A stretch of 30,163 nucleotides of DNA from a virus (Duplodnaviria > Caudoviricetes). Location: positions 1 to 30,163 of the IMG/VR virus record IMGVR_UViG_3300020305_000257; one strand, 5' to 3'. Shown in pieces: positions 23,701 through 27,734 of this stretch. Both the position numbers and the translations under genes were made by a program. Below the pieces are notes generated by a model that saw only the letters and a program-made list of their open reading frames with translations, did no database searches and had not been told where the DNA came from. The stretch's first letter is position 1. Every line of letters starts with the position of its first letter.

Positions 23701-25133
23701 TCTTGATTAATTCTTGCTTGTGCTTGTGCATTGATACCATCAGCAGGAGCAGGGTCAATATAAACAGTTGGTGGATTAGAATATCCACTTCCCATTGTTA
23801 ATACAGCAATACTGTCAACATTTACTCTTCCTTCACTATCAATCGTGCAGGGACTAATTGTAGCACCTGATGGATTCTTAAATGTGATTGAAGGAATGAA
23901 ACCATAACCACTACCACTATCATCTATAGTAATACTATCAACTTGACCAGTTGTATCGTCAACAGTCAATGAAACCTTTGCAGGAGTGCCATTAGCATCC
24001 GTAGGAACTGCTACAACAGGAATAGGAGGGTTATATGAAGAATATCCTTGTCCACCATCAATTAGATTAATATTTTTGATACCACCGATTAGAGACCTAG
24101 CAGTTGCCCCTGTTCCTTCTCCATGAGTAATTATTATTTTAGGGTTGAAGTCTAAACGATACTTACTACCACCAGTTTTAGGAATAATCCTAGAAACTTC
24201 GCCATTTGCGTTTACAGCAACAACAGCAGAAGCATCACTACCATATGACGGAGCAATATACTCAACAGACCTTATATCAATCTCATCTGCTGCACCAATC
24301 GGATTATTGAATATTACAGTAGTTTCAAAAACAGTATAATCAGTATATGGCTCTTGTAACCTTCCATTCTTGTTAATTACTAAACCAATATCAGATGTAG
24401 GTGTATAATCAACACCACCAACTCTTAATGGGTAGTTTTTTGTGCCTTGCCACTCTGTGTAAGGACTACTATCTACAGTAACGATAGGTTGGTCTGAATA
24501 TCCAACCAAATATGTAATCTGAGTAAATTCTGAATCATCTGCACCACTTCTTGCTCTAGGTGGTGTAGTGAATATTATATTAGTCCCATTGACAGTATAA
24601 TCAACCCCAGGAGTCAACATATCGTTGTATGTGACTACTATGAGGTGGTCTGCGCTAGGAGGTGCTACAGGAGTTCCTAGAAAGGATAGAGGAAATGTAT
24701 TATTGACTCCATCAAAGGAAGTAAATGGGTTTTCTAGATTTTGCTTCTTCTTATTAAATTGTGGATACGATACACCTGGGGTAATGATGGCATCAGGTCC
24801 TCGAGTCACCGACTCGTAGTAGATAACCTCATTATCAATCATTATCGAGCCATTCTTCTCGACAAATCCGTCAATACTCTCAATTTCTATCTTTGTATCG
24901 ATAGTACTAATTTCACTAAGCAATAACGTAGAGCTTGATAAAGTTTTGGAGCTATAACTATCAAGATTAAGGTAATTTAACAGATTATTCAGAATGTCGT
25001 AAGGACGTCCTGTTTTCTCTTGAGATTTATAATACTCAAAAAGAAAATTTACAAGTTGTCTATCTTCTTGCCTGATAAACTCAGGAAGTTGATTCTCAAC
25101 TCTATCTGATACGTTGATATTCTTCGTTTGCAT
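2703..25133 (-). CDS. gp7: Giant gp7-like baseplate wedge initiator / multidomain virion protein (7476 aa)
   Basis: Single 22.4-kb ORF directly after gp6. It carries gp7-type motifs QLPEFIR..LVNFLFEYYKSQE (N-term), DFYISKGT...YLFKILF (~aa 700-720) and IQDSYFYQNFSYVIKS..W...V....HPAG..MFG (~aa 3540-3580), plus many accessory domains and a C-terminal Ig-like domain. Confidence 0.85.
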   Translation of the reverse strand: MQTKNINVSDRVENQLPEFIRQEDRQLVNFLFEYYKSQEKTGRPYDILNNLLNYLNLDSYSSKTLSSSTLLLSEISTIDTKIEIESIDGFVEKNGSIMIDNEVIYYESVTRGPDAIITPGVSYPQFNKKKQNLENPFTSFDGVNNTFPLSFLGTPVAPPSADHLIVVTYNDMLTPGVDYTVNGTNIIFTTPPRARSGADDSEFTQITYLVGYSDQPIVTVDSSPYTEWQGTKNYPLRVGGVDYTPTSDIGLVINKNGRLQEPYTDYTVFETTVIFNNPIGAADEIDIRSVEYIAPSYGSDASAVVAVNANGEVSRIIPKTGGSKYRLDFNPKIIITHGEGTGATARSLIGGIKNINLIDGGQGYSSYNPPIPVVAVPTDANGTPAKVSLTVDDTTGQVDSITIDDSGSGYGFIPSITFKNPSGATISPCTIDSEGRVNVDSIAVLTMGSGYSNPPTVYIDPAPADGINAQAQARINQDGQVYEIQIINRGRGYTSVPRVKIVDPVGAQVLDVTVASGSVTNIEMLTGGSGYNDAPSVYIVDDRKDGFGEPIGGTGAEAAATIFNGEITDINITNFGTGYSAEFPPRIFIAEPKAARASLDVGFDEVTGYDVIEPGSGYSPSAFLNCSRGVSGAVSYDNYHNEVYAGESSLRQSNHLSGAVVANLDSLFIKEVFDKFRRQYLPTIDIDFSKVDPVQVIKNIGDFYISKGTELATQYLFKILFGENVSLFYPRDEIISPSNATWVVDTVLRAELISGDPSNLIDSQVVQYADAVDQNIKLANALIENVITIIEGTDTIYELAISEETLVGTFKIPYKTTLVEPLTTDGQIITVDSTIGWPERNGTILINDQENVQYKEKSLNQFIECTRSKNGIVEDWDPGTIVQSDIFVYTNQGQPTECKMRILGIAEAGTTVLNDTGSYYIKGDKLKVANLGSTAIDERLTSWLYNVKKLIQVTTITPGGVNNQTATVVCDNPHGLLVSDQVTIYGANPVVYNGTFTVTARLDDFSFSYQINVPTEIIPEGNILLSVDLNRGKSDVTSINNVVSEFTTNIQNSFFNDTYVYVAASGLPNYKIGPFTGSALIPGNQRKLLRFPRLVQTISERQDIAANSPIGTWINGVSIWGYKSGEFVQFGPLTQISVDNVGEGYDAGAKPTVEITGGGGTGAAAEVIVNGSLTGFDVTDGGSGYTESPLVSIVGGNGSGATAQAVITGGRVTRILVEQGGSGFTAQPSVSITGGGGTGATATASVRGSIESVNITNFGTGYTSLPAIKVNSGEGALAQPIVINGRIVSIAIINSGSGYTTAPTVIINGDGFGAIAKATIGLVGEDKGRVLSIVISNRGIGYTQGLTTVRLEAVGQLASFTPEVFKWNKNLEYELASNYDNAKGYVFTGYNNQFGGEYAHLSDPKELRYVVGDNVFLNPVTQNFQELESNFQHSPILGWAFDGNPIYGPYAYIDPTDQNSGIRRLRTSYKLKANVVYDEATNPNPARVDGPLLSTYPAGTFVADYFYDFQSGDLDNYNGRFCKTPEYPDGTYAYFITIDASDTGIPEFPYILGPQFNSLPDNWNFSQTATQENIPDGVVRYRDPYVNVDIDVDRQPNQEADVLTTEIEGYPIIFEIQDSNNDGIIDANEQQEILEMSEEATLQIYDYFPRVSAESRVDIEVETTTQFEDAQIDGFVIENPGISYQVNDTVFFDDTDTGGFGASAIIESVKGNTIVQYVKEMINDRPYGVITTDIGHELRAQDEIIVNSTPVIDNTNKLFKVKVVAGIESLSVTQTGTGYNADIPPTFELITASGQDAQLQINLLNTGNIDTVDIINSGNGYDTANPPQIRISHPQQFKKTRYWLAEYFEASATIEINDIQTTEDRFTYICGTIIEADADQSGFITKFDDLGQKVWERYYIPQNQNQKRAEFIKMHIDASQENDVIYVAGQTYDPDNAVYNPDVWLAKFESGFNNANNPDGILQWQKAIAGISGSTRRDYITTIALDQENRIYIGGYTDSNSPDPNDMWIIQCDIDGNLVEKRKIASEDGSEELHQIMWVSNDRFFFCGVNDENDDLIFGEIYYDGANIEIAYIRQMPAIGGYVRNPKFIKDEYGDIVLVFNVYNNASAKNDKIQINKFAYSTAQSSWEWAKTLSLSGTTYRNMYHSGVTVDEFGNYTVVTDVDESENNRYSIITYMKYNGTIISETKVDDTATVGFRSKGHSVDSSGDPIIAIDRQVPNQMASFRFNDDTNLTFDHTKLNTGTWQYVNQSEISVDTNIYKFGTGSMKINSAAPVAITALNKVSVEWSTQAWFAMNTTTYATNHKPILFHVTPTTGEEIFCELDGDATSPGFGKVYIHLNNVQVAGSTAATYWTGFGSAAWNHVLFQKRQESLGLYKYEVYINGNLAIEYQSTTDVSLGALTIGGPASSPTSANCYVGHVDDLVIDDVAPYSATFSTPAAEIPITMSNSDIALIKFDRLHSKVGSYTMSGLTNHSTYTFTDITANTLWSDVNIPAISVWEIGPGGLQILDMSQTVSTLTNSTYTLTADKYEYGTKTSTIPSPQGKSLQVTANVVSKFYLRDALYQKVDNVMEFTFNQDVTLTKGSIIQQFNSSGITTAYATIVDVPEGTLLAPGYGTKYKIGKTYGTFNNTDRFRTTASPADVNQITGTYFDTIEEEDPWVAGTAYNTGDRVYNGKRIYAAQGAGTSGTISPVHTTGVVSDGVINWAFIDDAGKFTVDLTQHPYPRPLYLDLDMPEWVPGLLYATGQRVWYKLNVYQVAVSGGGVAGTTAPIHTTGDDTDGGVTWTFVETREAISLYTRLMGYDMGNNYTVRIEAVQPGSTYIPGDVVSLNSGNITLAADEKSVEISGFAGVKKIRVTARLEKDIIRTSEARTEFVYATSNSAHNFKVGDILFTEGFTGDQFNGSFFIDQVIGSREFTFAIRATAVSDPAFVNNAIARVNIYGKHPTLEFTRNHQYVFDVSDVSNFGYYLSFSQDNQYKLEYSFNNIERIGTPGIDSTGNNAPFVKFSTLGQVTNISYYFDPSRLGADSPVGENSFIDVITTPFQGTFTISSIETDFQFKFPLLKEPERSSAEIITDEFDNPYSFYSTTSTRAVGPINSIKLVSPGGFYQKLPIISDIASFRQIEKITVTDGGTEYAPGVYYDVPIAGDGEGAKAAITVELDDEVGSGTIRSAAVTDPGKGYTTASIDIDAIPGILGSTLAGSGGAVNVVIPSEGSGASVFLTGRNIGKIKRLKNNEFGFGYSHDYTLKPEITFPVNLQLFNTSILSQIKITNPGSGYTSVPAVIIEGGGGTGAAAEAVIKNNRLSEIIIKNPGGGYSSEPTVTLKSEFNYVVNLDLNYLQFNFPHGITTGAEVQFRADSVGSTVGELPKPSSAGLTSLVAGQTYYAIAGEAAGLETDQLRFGLTLQSAQGGDYITFLTQGSGRQTLLTEVFGGQATAVVETSRFLEGEEVYQGSSIETATAEGKVSTNTGWQIGPKILKIVDYTGEWVAGERVTGAISKAAGVIDNLSIARGVLNIGPLTRTPGRFIDDVGKPSEIVQKIQDSYFYQNFSYVIKSQIPITDWKTQVLENNHPAGFNMFGQLELTGGKDISGRNIGTEFTKQVNINNYSNTNEITSFAAAQPIYTDYNNTEVLFRKRRLTSSEEILTSIVKKMDDISGGFNGIDKQFPITVEGEQVIVQDDQLLITLNGVVQAPGESYQVVGGQIVFAEPPKPPSKVNYRSLGITTTPIYRIALYDSNGTNEFGIFPTLGQQVQGAFSDTIATVIDVGLAHIDVINVTGGTFQLNEEITRSTLFSALVQSVTLVNTETIFEFGESITNLEGDTAIIEETNVDTQGVISDRIVVSKTSGTPKFETGIFDLRLNEYVYSARSKIAGQITYIAPYSDPVTLDVVDELVINPGSTFFGLLFERLVSITNPNVIVDDISKSSITPTQLYDSSQRINDDFLDFEQVRSTEVEYTGLSGGTISAGETIINKRVSYNNPNSSFHGSAENRFKDASAMILGNKQEIIDFADAQIAVEHPYFYFPGDVITNPWSRYSDAYRLIQLNKDYIAAVAYDEMITQYPSLTVSDPGKCIRDLHYYIDAISVDIFRGGNVYTRKLSQDYFDASGNFVYVNNESAETRYGFTRAKEWMKLAIVNNITANYTASSGSLTGITFYAHNEVDSGGYTGHGITADPSPNDDYGTAGANTSNNGTDNCSDVQAAITTLHDIVDTTLTNGNLTELPDETAGTYTTGQTKCRRDIGLMLDALAEDVAQGGNFNIVEFTKKYFTAAGSPITNGLTGEEGPSITAITKARDLTFRAINNLLYYKRNATVSETGYMLKDPTTYAGPYANGAVELEEKDVTGATYNASTGIMQLTLSGGHSWTTADSVTVRPQSIRFTCTMDGNETFHDYPRAGDPAFNTPIQVQNPTATTIDLNVGTSPLVSWTPTGATYDPATGMMVLTIGAHTLNVGEYIKLEDDSITFTCTMDDNATNHSYPRSSDPVSNIPIQITARTDTTITLFVATQNTATNYTHTFVSATSGAVKSGGGYTHTFISALPNAVFLGGGSKAEYFDPNYSSGRNQSIQNCANVQAYIATLADIATTAISHGDLDNVNALASITDGTFVDAETIRTIKLAYKDKSSGLFITGNQIKGMTSGAVTSAIGINTGLKWIFSGPITGTFQTGEFITNSTLTNSNCTTSVIERKTTLVGTKSIRIPSGGYMAAADSYDFTYGTADFTIETWFRPDAVSGTQHLFDFRRTSATAGLRVYLDGTTIRVANGTSTLVFGGTVQASTWQHVAVVRSTGVITLYLNGNVVSSAADTNNYLYAPAWIGTSFQQNTGFTGYIDLLCIRQGQADYTATFSPPSQIDYTRQNISLGLDGEAPFILSTTECYATFTGQRSSNATARKVDYGTNDIIIKDVDLGRASYRDAAGIIELNALWIAEEAVGYMAAQFPDFTIPGDSMGTGGYGSGGTATCIRDTKDYILGALVKDLREGGNYHTLYTARTYLEVSGKLKHVQQEILQTLFAWDYAADLCNTVITTTSYDLTGQYTQRLRIPNNFATPASTAVQTEVRTLMDAILEVLAPTGNRFRDGGTAIWKNRDYIAEETVGYIQNKYQQTIGDTDYDYLVMPGYGEPYCLRDLKEHILPAVISDLATGGTYNIENVVDQYLDSQNNILHVENELNPMLDAFDFAKMLAEKAVNQLLLSPGETAASLGFPAQFQDDYYVPVYTARGAYRDDTVTIDPEGYPQINRGNNDRFIDSVNAVQLNKRLIAQESVAIMNDMSKYSSLAIPGGAVNCEDDIVDILDAMSHDLLFDCNEKVYDAAALYVEPENNSLKHIETEWEASITTIKIAKDIAILTLRNGFGRDYIDGNTSLLTPVQTYEQNPRDQIYQRCGDAIDANIRYIAENAVALGRIQFPSLTIPGGPINCVHDVTDLLRAMVFNLKYGGDNYVQYGAEFYVGYGGSALIHVNSQSTETLWIFNKAKDLAIRAMKDQIITDNAGYGYQRFYNATDKPTTKLVDASGGVTQTENNLLTRNIHQKKNNINVSENSSTGIDPTDDGVFRCVTVLPSTAVDACLFELGGASQGVWVGFRDGGTYFRIRAGSSNQSYSGGASYTNDTGLAIFDIAVGGIAQYMDDEEHELVWEIKIGGDQDVGKGRVRLWIDGDPIGSGETPGGGFTGLGAAAGLMSDTGDGGFAATSGTVANGESTTLNTFTVNVGSSPKSTYDVSGATYDPATGEMVLNIGNHDFRDTSLLTTTGATYDPATGLMVLTSNGHGVKKGDRVIVKDITFTCAMDGGASNHTYPRTTDPYYNKMMIVSAADANTFTINVGVAGATGQHAHTWVSNTNNNIIHSTETIRFLGESINFTCTMDGNATTHAYPRVTDWAYNSSIGITGVGSTAHTPSTATYDAATGDLGLTLPSVSGFTAPTNISPTGATYDSQTGDLTVVAAGHGVTTGGKVKFVQNAFTFTCTKDSNATQHSYPRTTDPWYDKWILVKSHDTDTFTVNVGVASFDSRYAHAFISAASNGVARANTMVEIAPDGITFTCTQDGNNTNHSYPRADDPAVKEWLPVESVVGSVITVDVGASQQGQQYAHTFVSAVTGAVKKQDGTLTVHIGASPAGQQYPHTFVNATSGALITGGGYVHRFVSADSGALQVTGGGTLTPTNAYYVPETGELTFTVAGHTLSTSSKITIAPQSLTMSCSSDQFASEHVYPRPHDPVIDTELDVTDVSTWAWPISGDLSYYRARQVSSSYQGTEADGVGTEVTNLMAIFNDTINNPNQILNRTYTLPYVWPVKYTPDLPKRDLTVTYDVSNGGSDSDSTWNMTCPEVVSAINTLMEIPFNTIIGAATANTNYLTSSVTKTFPYNTNNNYQEGTCYNVTSAVDTLMSILSSSLGGGTQNDKRVANQLLFNTHAIEERAFASVQTYFGTTNATQQFATDVMKAVRYDMITHGNAGSFRLLQNWFDGEGNFIAYQDVTRSHLIYYLTRIREYMKSVLYDRDDVDWATYPVYLPPERLEYNQEAAEFIMDSSLNPIEYALELSKFPTEASVTWIPSTDAENLGKTYQMGIDYNTDPALVVLTPTVDVGFDRAEYRVRINRANQFRRGDILTYIPASQTSVTAFTNQPYWYVMTATAQWFEVGAHYIHDGRFRAVTVDTNNSGSQIFSVVRRAGITRTTPIFPSDPSETPIQGGFNPADVIYGSTSDAQSEIGTVFSNEANIRVLMKYYGLSGITANFVDGEMVVVQGATSNTGKVIQTVIKDNDLNGFVKLINVAGTINAGDVLEGTTSGATGTVTSDLSDRMLINVEAGAFNTGDYVFNAANSAEVYMSNYTNKSGSLTDTEGGRITIDVETIENAWNTGDVVYGSVTDYILDVKGISGTQIQLNQYIHGTNIYELTLGSAIVDTGVSDTFNVGDEVTLLQGTTQKNPGWTAVVTQYINGTGLTDTNDPNYGIHKLWIGNLVPVGAGGDISELTNTTNNIGKIELGSNFPTIYANVLGYTDTQSSVYGKVVAIEQAGINATIWVEDAQGAFADNMTVKSDYGWGAAISSARTLEGRVDRYFRGFDGAQTTFDLTVSNGEAYFPDPAGHLLVFVNGILQPPGGNASYVAFSDKIQFNEAPDIGSEFIGYYVGKLRQLDDISFEFDSLRSSFNLKRGGLFYSLTLTEGVSSNTILPENNIIVSLNGIVQEPGTAYELVGSRIIFAETPRAGSTFVGFSYIGSDADVIAATVVPPIESGDNLLIEGEEFAREVALIESSNSLITFEYTGSVKGRNAAALATVTSGQVTNAILTNPGDGYTSRPNVDVISSSGFDANIKALTGITRIDVKTSGVGYAMPSVLVETEVPDDFVEPTGTPVNGGFDVLAGEGSEYTGGTTITAGTIAITQDPVNVTVNQGQTASFTVVSTVTNTSTMNYQWQKKEYGTQTWSNIIGANQATFNSNNTTQADDSDEYRVAITAAGATPVYSLSAILSVQTGATVISNFTPDQIFDDI
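2760..3045 (-). other. Ig-like domain at the C-terminus of gp7
   Basis: ITQDPVNVTVNQGQTASFTV...YQWQKK...DSDEYRV has the I-set-like pattern and is paralogous to the Ig domain of the downstream YHYH protein. Confidence 0.7.
5560..10420 (-). repeat. Cluster 2 of phycobiliprotein-like helical repeats in gp7 (four Cys-bearing units plus one degenerate)
   Basis: Units of the form R..D....I..N...IA.E.v......fP...iPG...C..D....l.A...DL..GG carry TCIRD (Cys 10263-10265), YCLRD (9777-9779), NCEDD (9294-9296) and NCVHD (8898-8900). A degenerate Cys-less unit starts near 5980. Confidence 0.65.
6480..8050 (-). repeat. Five beta-rich repeats with motif (G/A)TY...TG...FTC..D.....H.YPR..DP...H.F.SA
   Basis: FTCAMDGGASNHTYPR, FTCTMDGNATTHAYPR, FTCTKDSNATQHSYPR, FTCTQDGNNTNHSYPR and MSCSSDQFASEHVYPR are visible in the translation. 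Confidence 0.85.
10580..11060 (-). other. LamG/concanavalin A-like domain within gp7
   Basis: GTADFTIETWFRP...WQHVAVVRSTGVITLYLNG...WIG...FTGYID is the typical LamG-like jelly-roll pattern. Confidence 0.75.
11380..13170 (-). repeat. Cluster 1 of phycobiliprotein-like helical repeats (two units) enclosing two FTC..D..H.YPR beta-repeats
   Basis: KCIRDLHYYIDAISVDIFRGGN (Cys 12918-12920) and KCRRDIGLMLDALAEDVAQGGN (12426-12428), with closing helices DNCSDVQAAITTL (12549-12551) and QNCANVQAYIATL (11433-11435). The beta-repeats lie at ~11520-12120. Confidence 0.7.
16770..17160 (-). repeat. Two CBM5/12 (ChtBD3)-like carbohydrate-binding repeats in gp7
   Basis: WVAGTAYNTGDRVYNGKRIY...PVHTTG..SDGVINWAF and WVPGLLYATGQRVWYKLNVY...PIHTTG..TDGGVTWTF. 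Confidence 0.6.
17770..19610 (-). other. Beta-propeller-like region followed by a LamG-like domain in gp7
   Basis: Blade-like units (YICG...FITKFDDLGQKVWER; YVAG...DVWLAKF...LQWQK; YIGG...DMWIIQCDIDGNLV) occupy ~18480-19610. A LamG-like unit (WSTQAWF...WNHVLF...EVYING...IGG...YVGHVDDL) occupies ~17830-18400. Confidence 0.55.
20470..21960 (-). other. Split, degenerate YHYH-like domain inside gp7
   Basis: PIGTWINGV (N part) and HSPILGWAFDGNPIYGPYAY / GDLDNYNGRFCKTPEYPDGTYAYF (C part) closely match the free YHYH protein and are separated by GxGY repeats. Confidence 0.7.
21050..21750 (-). repeat. Tandem GxGY beta-repeats (I.i...GsGY...P.V.I.GggG.GA.A.A)
   Basis: About six recurring units in the translation. 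Further clusters lie at ~15170-15850, ~19650-19850 and ~3170-3370. Confidence 0.8.
23250..24240 (-). repeat. N-terminal cluster of GxGY beta-repeats in gp7
   Basis: Recurring GGSKY/GGQGY/SGSGY/MGSGY/RGRGY/GGSGY/FGTGY/PGSGY units with P.V.I and A.A.A motifs. Confidence 0.8.
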
Positions 25134-25139
25134 TCGTCA

Positions 25140-27221
25140 CTAGAAACAAGAGGTATCTACGGGATACGTAAACGTGTCTGACGGGTAGTCAATTATATTT
25201 AGACCACTTGTGTCACCTAAGTTATAACCAGAAAAGTTATTAGGGTCAAATGATGGAATCGGCACAGTTTGTGTTGTAAAATCGATAGGATTTACCGTAG
25301 GGTTAAAGAAAGTTGGGTCAACTCCTGGGGGAATCTCAATAGTTGGAGAAATTGGCATAACAGAGATTGGAAGTTGCTCTGTGCCATCAGGAGTTTGTTG
25401 AATAGCGATAGGACCTACGCAAACTTGACCAGTTGAATAGTTTACTGTCCCAACAGCTGCATTTAGGATAACTTCCGTCTCATCTCTTGTTGTAACTAAC
25501 ATAAGATTGCCCATTCCATCATCTCTGATGTTAACAGGCACTAAAACTTGTGTGGTTTCATTAGTTGAGAAGACTGTACTTGTTGTAGATGCAGATGAAG
25601 CCGTCCCAGTAGTTAAATTCACTAAATCTTCAGTATAATCAGTTGCATAGAATGTCCCAGACTTAACAACAGAGAAATTAGGTTTACATTTCTCTCCCAT
25701 GCTATCTCCATCCCCTGCATAACTGCTTGGGTCGTAAAGTGGGTTACCAAAATCTAAACATTGAGTAAATACTTGCCCAAAAGCAAATTTATCAATATTT
25801 TGACCTAATGATATCTGAGTTACATTACCAGAAATGGATGTATCACTATTATCAACCATCGCACTGAATTTAGACCCTTCTATACGATTATTAAATCTTT
25901 CAGTTTGACCATTTCTGTTATATTCGTCAATAGACTGTAAAATCTTAGTTGCTAATTGTGCACCAGTGAGTGATGTAGCATTTCCATTGAAATAAGCGTA
26001 AACTTTTGGAATAACATAGAAACTTGTTGGGTCAATCACTTCTGGTTGTATAGAAGCAACTGCATATTTCCTTAAATCCTTCTCAATCTTTGCTTTTGTA
26101 GATTCATTTAACTTATTTCCTGTTTTTGGTCTAATAGCAACGTAAACTTTACCGTAAACAGGCGGATCTAACTTCTCTCCACCGTATGCAGTCACTGAAG
26201 CTGTCTGTGGATAGATTTCTGTAACGATATGCTCGTAATCTGCTTCAGTTACCGCACGGTTTTGTGTAGCATATGCTCTTGGGGCACGAAATTTGATACT
26301 TAGTGATGTTTCTGCGTCTTCACCTTGCTGCGACTTCTCCATTGTAGTCGTAGTAATGCTCTGAGGAGGTATTACACGACCATCGGAGTCTTTAATCTGC
26401 CCAATGAATGAAAAATTGTCAGCACCGTTTGCTTCAACACCAAAAGTAGTCACATAATTCATAGTAATATACTCACCATCAATTAATTGACGTCCAATAA
26501 CACCATCACCGAAGATAACCTTGTATCTTTGGTCATCACTTTCTTCAAGATAGTAAACTCTAGAGTTTTCATCTAGTGATGTGACGTTTCCTGCTAGATT
26601 ATAGGTGTCTGTTTCGCTTGACTGTGCATTAGGTGAGATATCAACTGTCAATAATTCAGTATCTACGTTTTCTGCAGGAATTATATACTCTTGATTCTTA
26701 GTATAGTCAACTGTATAGTTGTAATTTAATAAATTACCTTGATATATGATTACATTAGTGAAATCTGCCATACCTGTGCCTGTATCTACTGGCACTTGGA
26801 TGTCTCTAGTCAGTGTAAAGGTAAAACTATCGAGTGCATTGTCAGCAGTAAACACATCTCCCTTACTTAAAGTGCAAAATTCTGGATATGTAAGACCATT
26901 TAGACCTATTACAGTCTGTGCCTTGATGTGTACACACGCTTTTGGTGCTTTTACTGAGCGAGGAGTGTAATTTAACTGCTTTGCAATCCTTACAATGTTG
27001 TCTCTTACGGTTGCAGACTCTAAAAACGCTTCATTCAATGCCATATTAGCATTAAAGGCAGTGTAATATGTGTTGTAAGCTAAGATATCGATGAGATATG
27101 AGGCTGCACTACCCTCAAAATCATAATCCGTAAACTCTTTTCGAGTCCTAAGGTAAGATCTGATGGATTCTTTTATCTCAAAGAAGTCTAGAGACGTTAA
27201 TTGTGAAGGTATAGCGGGCAT
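25140..27221 (-). CDS. gp6: Baseplate wedge subunit gp6 (693 aa)
   Basis: LDFFEIKESIRSYLR..EFTDYDFEGSAASYLIDILAYNTYYTAFNANMALNEAFLESATVRDN and APRAYATQNRAVTEADY are T4 gp6-family motifs, and the gene lies between gp25 and gp7. Confidence 0.95.
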   Translation of the reverse strand: MPAIPSQLTSLDFFEIKESIRSYLRTRKEFTDYDFEGSAASYLIDILAYNTYYTAFNANMALNEAFLESATVRDNIVRIAKQLNYTPRSVKAPKACVHIKAQTVIGLNGLTYPEFCTLSKGDVFTADNALDSFTFTLTRDIQVPVDTGTGMADFTNVIIYQGNLLNYNYTVDYTKNQEYIIPAENVDTELLTVDISPNAQSSETDTYNLAGNVTSLDENSRVYYLEESDDQRYKVIFGDGVIGRQLIDGEYITMNYVTTFGVEANGADNFSFIGQIKDSDGRVIPPQSITTTTMEKSQQGEDAETSLSIKFRAPRAYATQNRAVTEADYEHIVTEIYPQTASVTAYGGEKLDPPVYGKVYVAIRPKTGNKLNESTKAKIEKDLRKYAVASIQPEVIDPTSFYVIPKVYAYFNGNATSLTGAQLATKILQSIDEYNRNGQTERFNNRIEGSKFSAMVDNSDTSISGNVTQISLGQNIDKFAFGQVFTQCLDFGNPLYDPSSYAGDGDSMGEKCKPNFSVVKSGTFYATDYTEDLVNLTTGTASSASTTSTVFSTNETTQVLVPVNIRDDGMGNLMLVTTRDETEVILNAAVGTVNYSTGQVCVGPIAIQQTPDGTEQLPISVMPISPTIEIPPGVDPTFFNPTVNPIDFTTQTVPIPSFDPNNFSGYNLGDTSGLNIIDYPSDTFTYPVDTSCF

Positions 27222-27222
27222 T

Positions 27223-27636
27223 TTAAGTCTTCTCTAGTAGGAATTCTATGTTTTGGACTAATTCTTGTCCTACAATTACATAATCCATTGATATTTCAAC
27301 AGAATTTTCATCAGGAGCATCATCTACTTTAACTTCAGTCACTGAAATACGAGGCTCCAGTCTTTCCATAACGTTGAATATCTCTGTGCGGATACCATCT
27401 GCAGCAAAAACATCCCATTGCTCAAATAAAAGTGCCTTGACTCGAGACCCTATCTCAGGTTGGAAGGGTCTTTCGCCAAACATTGTCATTAAAAGGTTAC
27501 GCACTGACTGAGAGATTGCTCTCTCATTCTTCACAGCACCAAAATCCTTGGTCGAAGGGTTAGCATTCATAGAAACTGCTAAGTCCTTGAAACCTCTACT
27601 GACGTATTTTTCGGATCTGAATCTGTAGCTAGGCAT
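27223..27636 (-). CDS. gp25: Baseplate wedge subunit gp25 (137 aa)
   Basis: FKDL..S...NP...D...KNERAISQSVRNLL.T..GERPFQPEIGS...LFE...EPRI is the gp25/GPW family signature. Confidence 0.95.
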   Translation of the reverse strand: MPSYRFRSEKYVSRGFKDLAVSMNANPSTKDFGAVKNERAISQSVRNLLMTMFGERPFQPEIGSRVKALLFEQWDVFAADGIRTEIFNVMERLEPRISVTEVKVDDAPDENSVEISMDYVIVGQELVQNIEFLLEKT

Positions 27637-27734
27637 TTACTTACCTTTTTTTGATATTTATCACCTGGGTAGTCAGTGATTAACCTTTTACCCTCAGCGA
27701 TAAACCATTCTGCTCTGTCTACTTTAATCACCAT
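27579..27734 (-). CDS. Small hypothetical protein, 51 aa (MVIKVDRAEWFIAEGKRLITDYPGDKYQKKVSKCLATDSDPKNTSVEVSRT), overlapping the gp25 start
   Basis: Not in the ORF track. ATG at 27734 is preceded by the SD AGGA at 5-nt spacing and lies 54 nt downstream of a perfect late promoter; the ORF fills an otherwise empty gap. Confidence 0.6.
   Translation of the reverse strand: MVIKVDRAEWFIAEGKRLITDYPGDKYQKKVSKCLATDSDPKNTSVEVSRT
27655..27662 (-). promoter_or_regulatory. Possible late promoter GATAAATA for gp25
   Basis: NATAAATA match 18 nt upstream of the gp25 ATG, inside the small ORF. Confidence 0.4.

Noticed and set aside
2703-25133. Intein, intron or homing endonuclease as an explanation for the size of gp7
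   Set aside because: I saw no Hint-domain, LAGLIDADG, HNH or GIY-YIG motifs; the ORF is continuous and explained by structural repeats.
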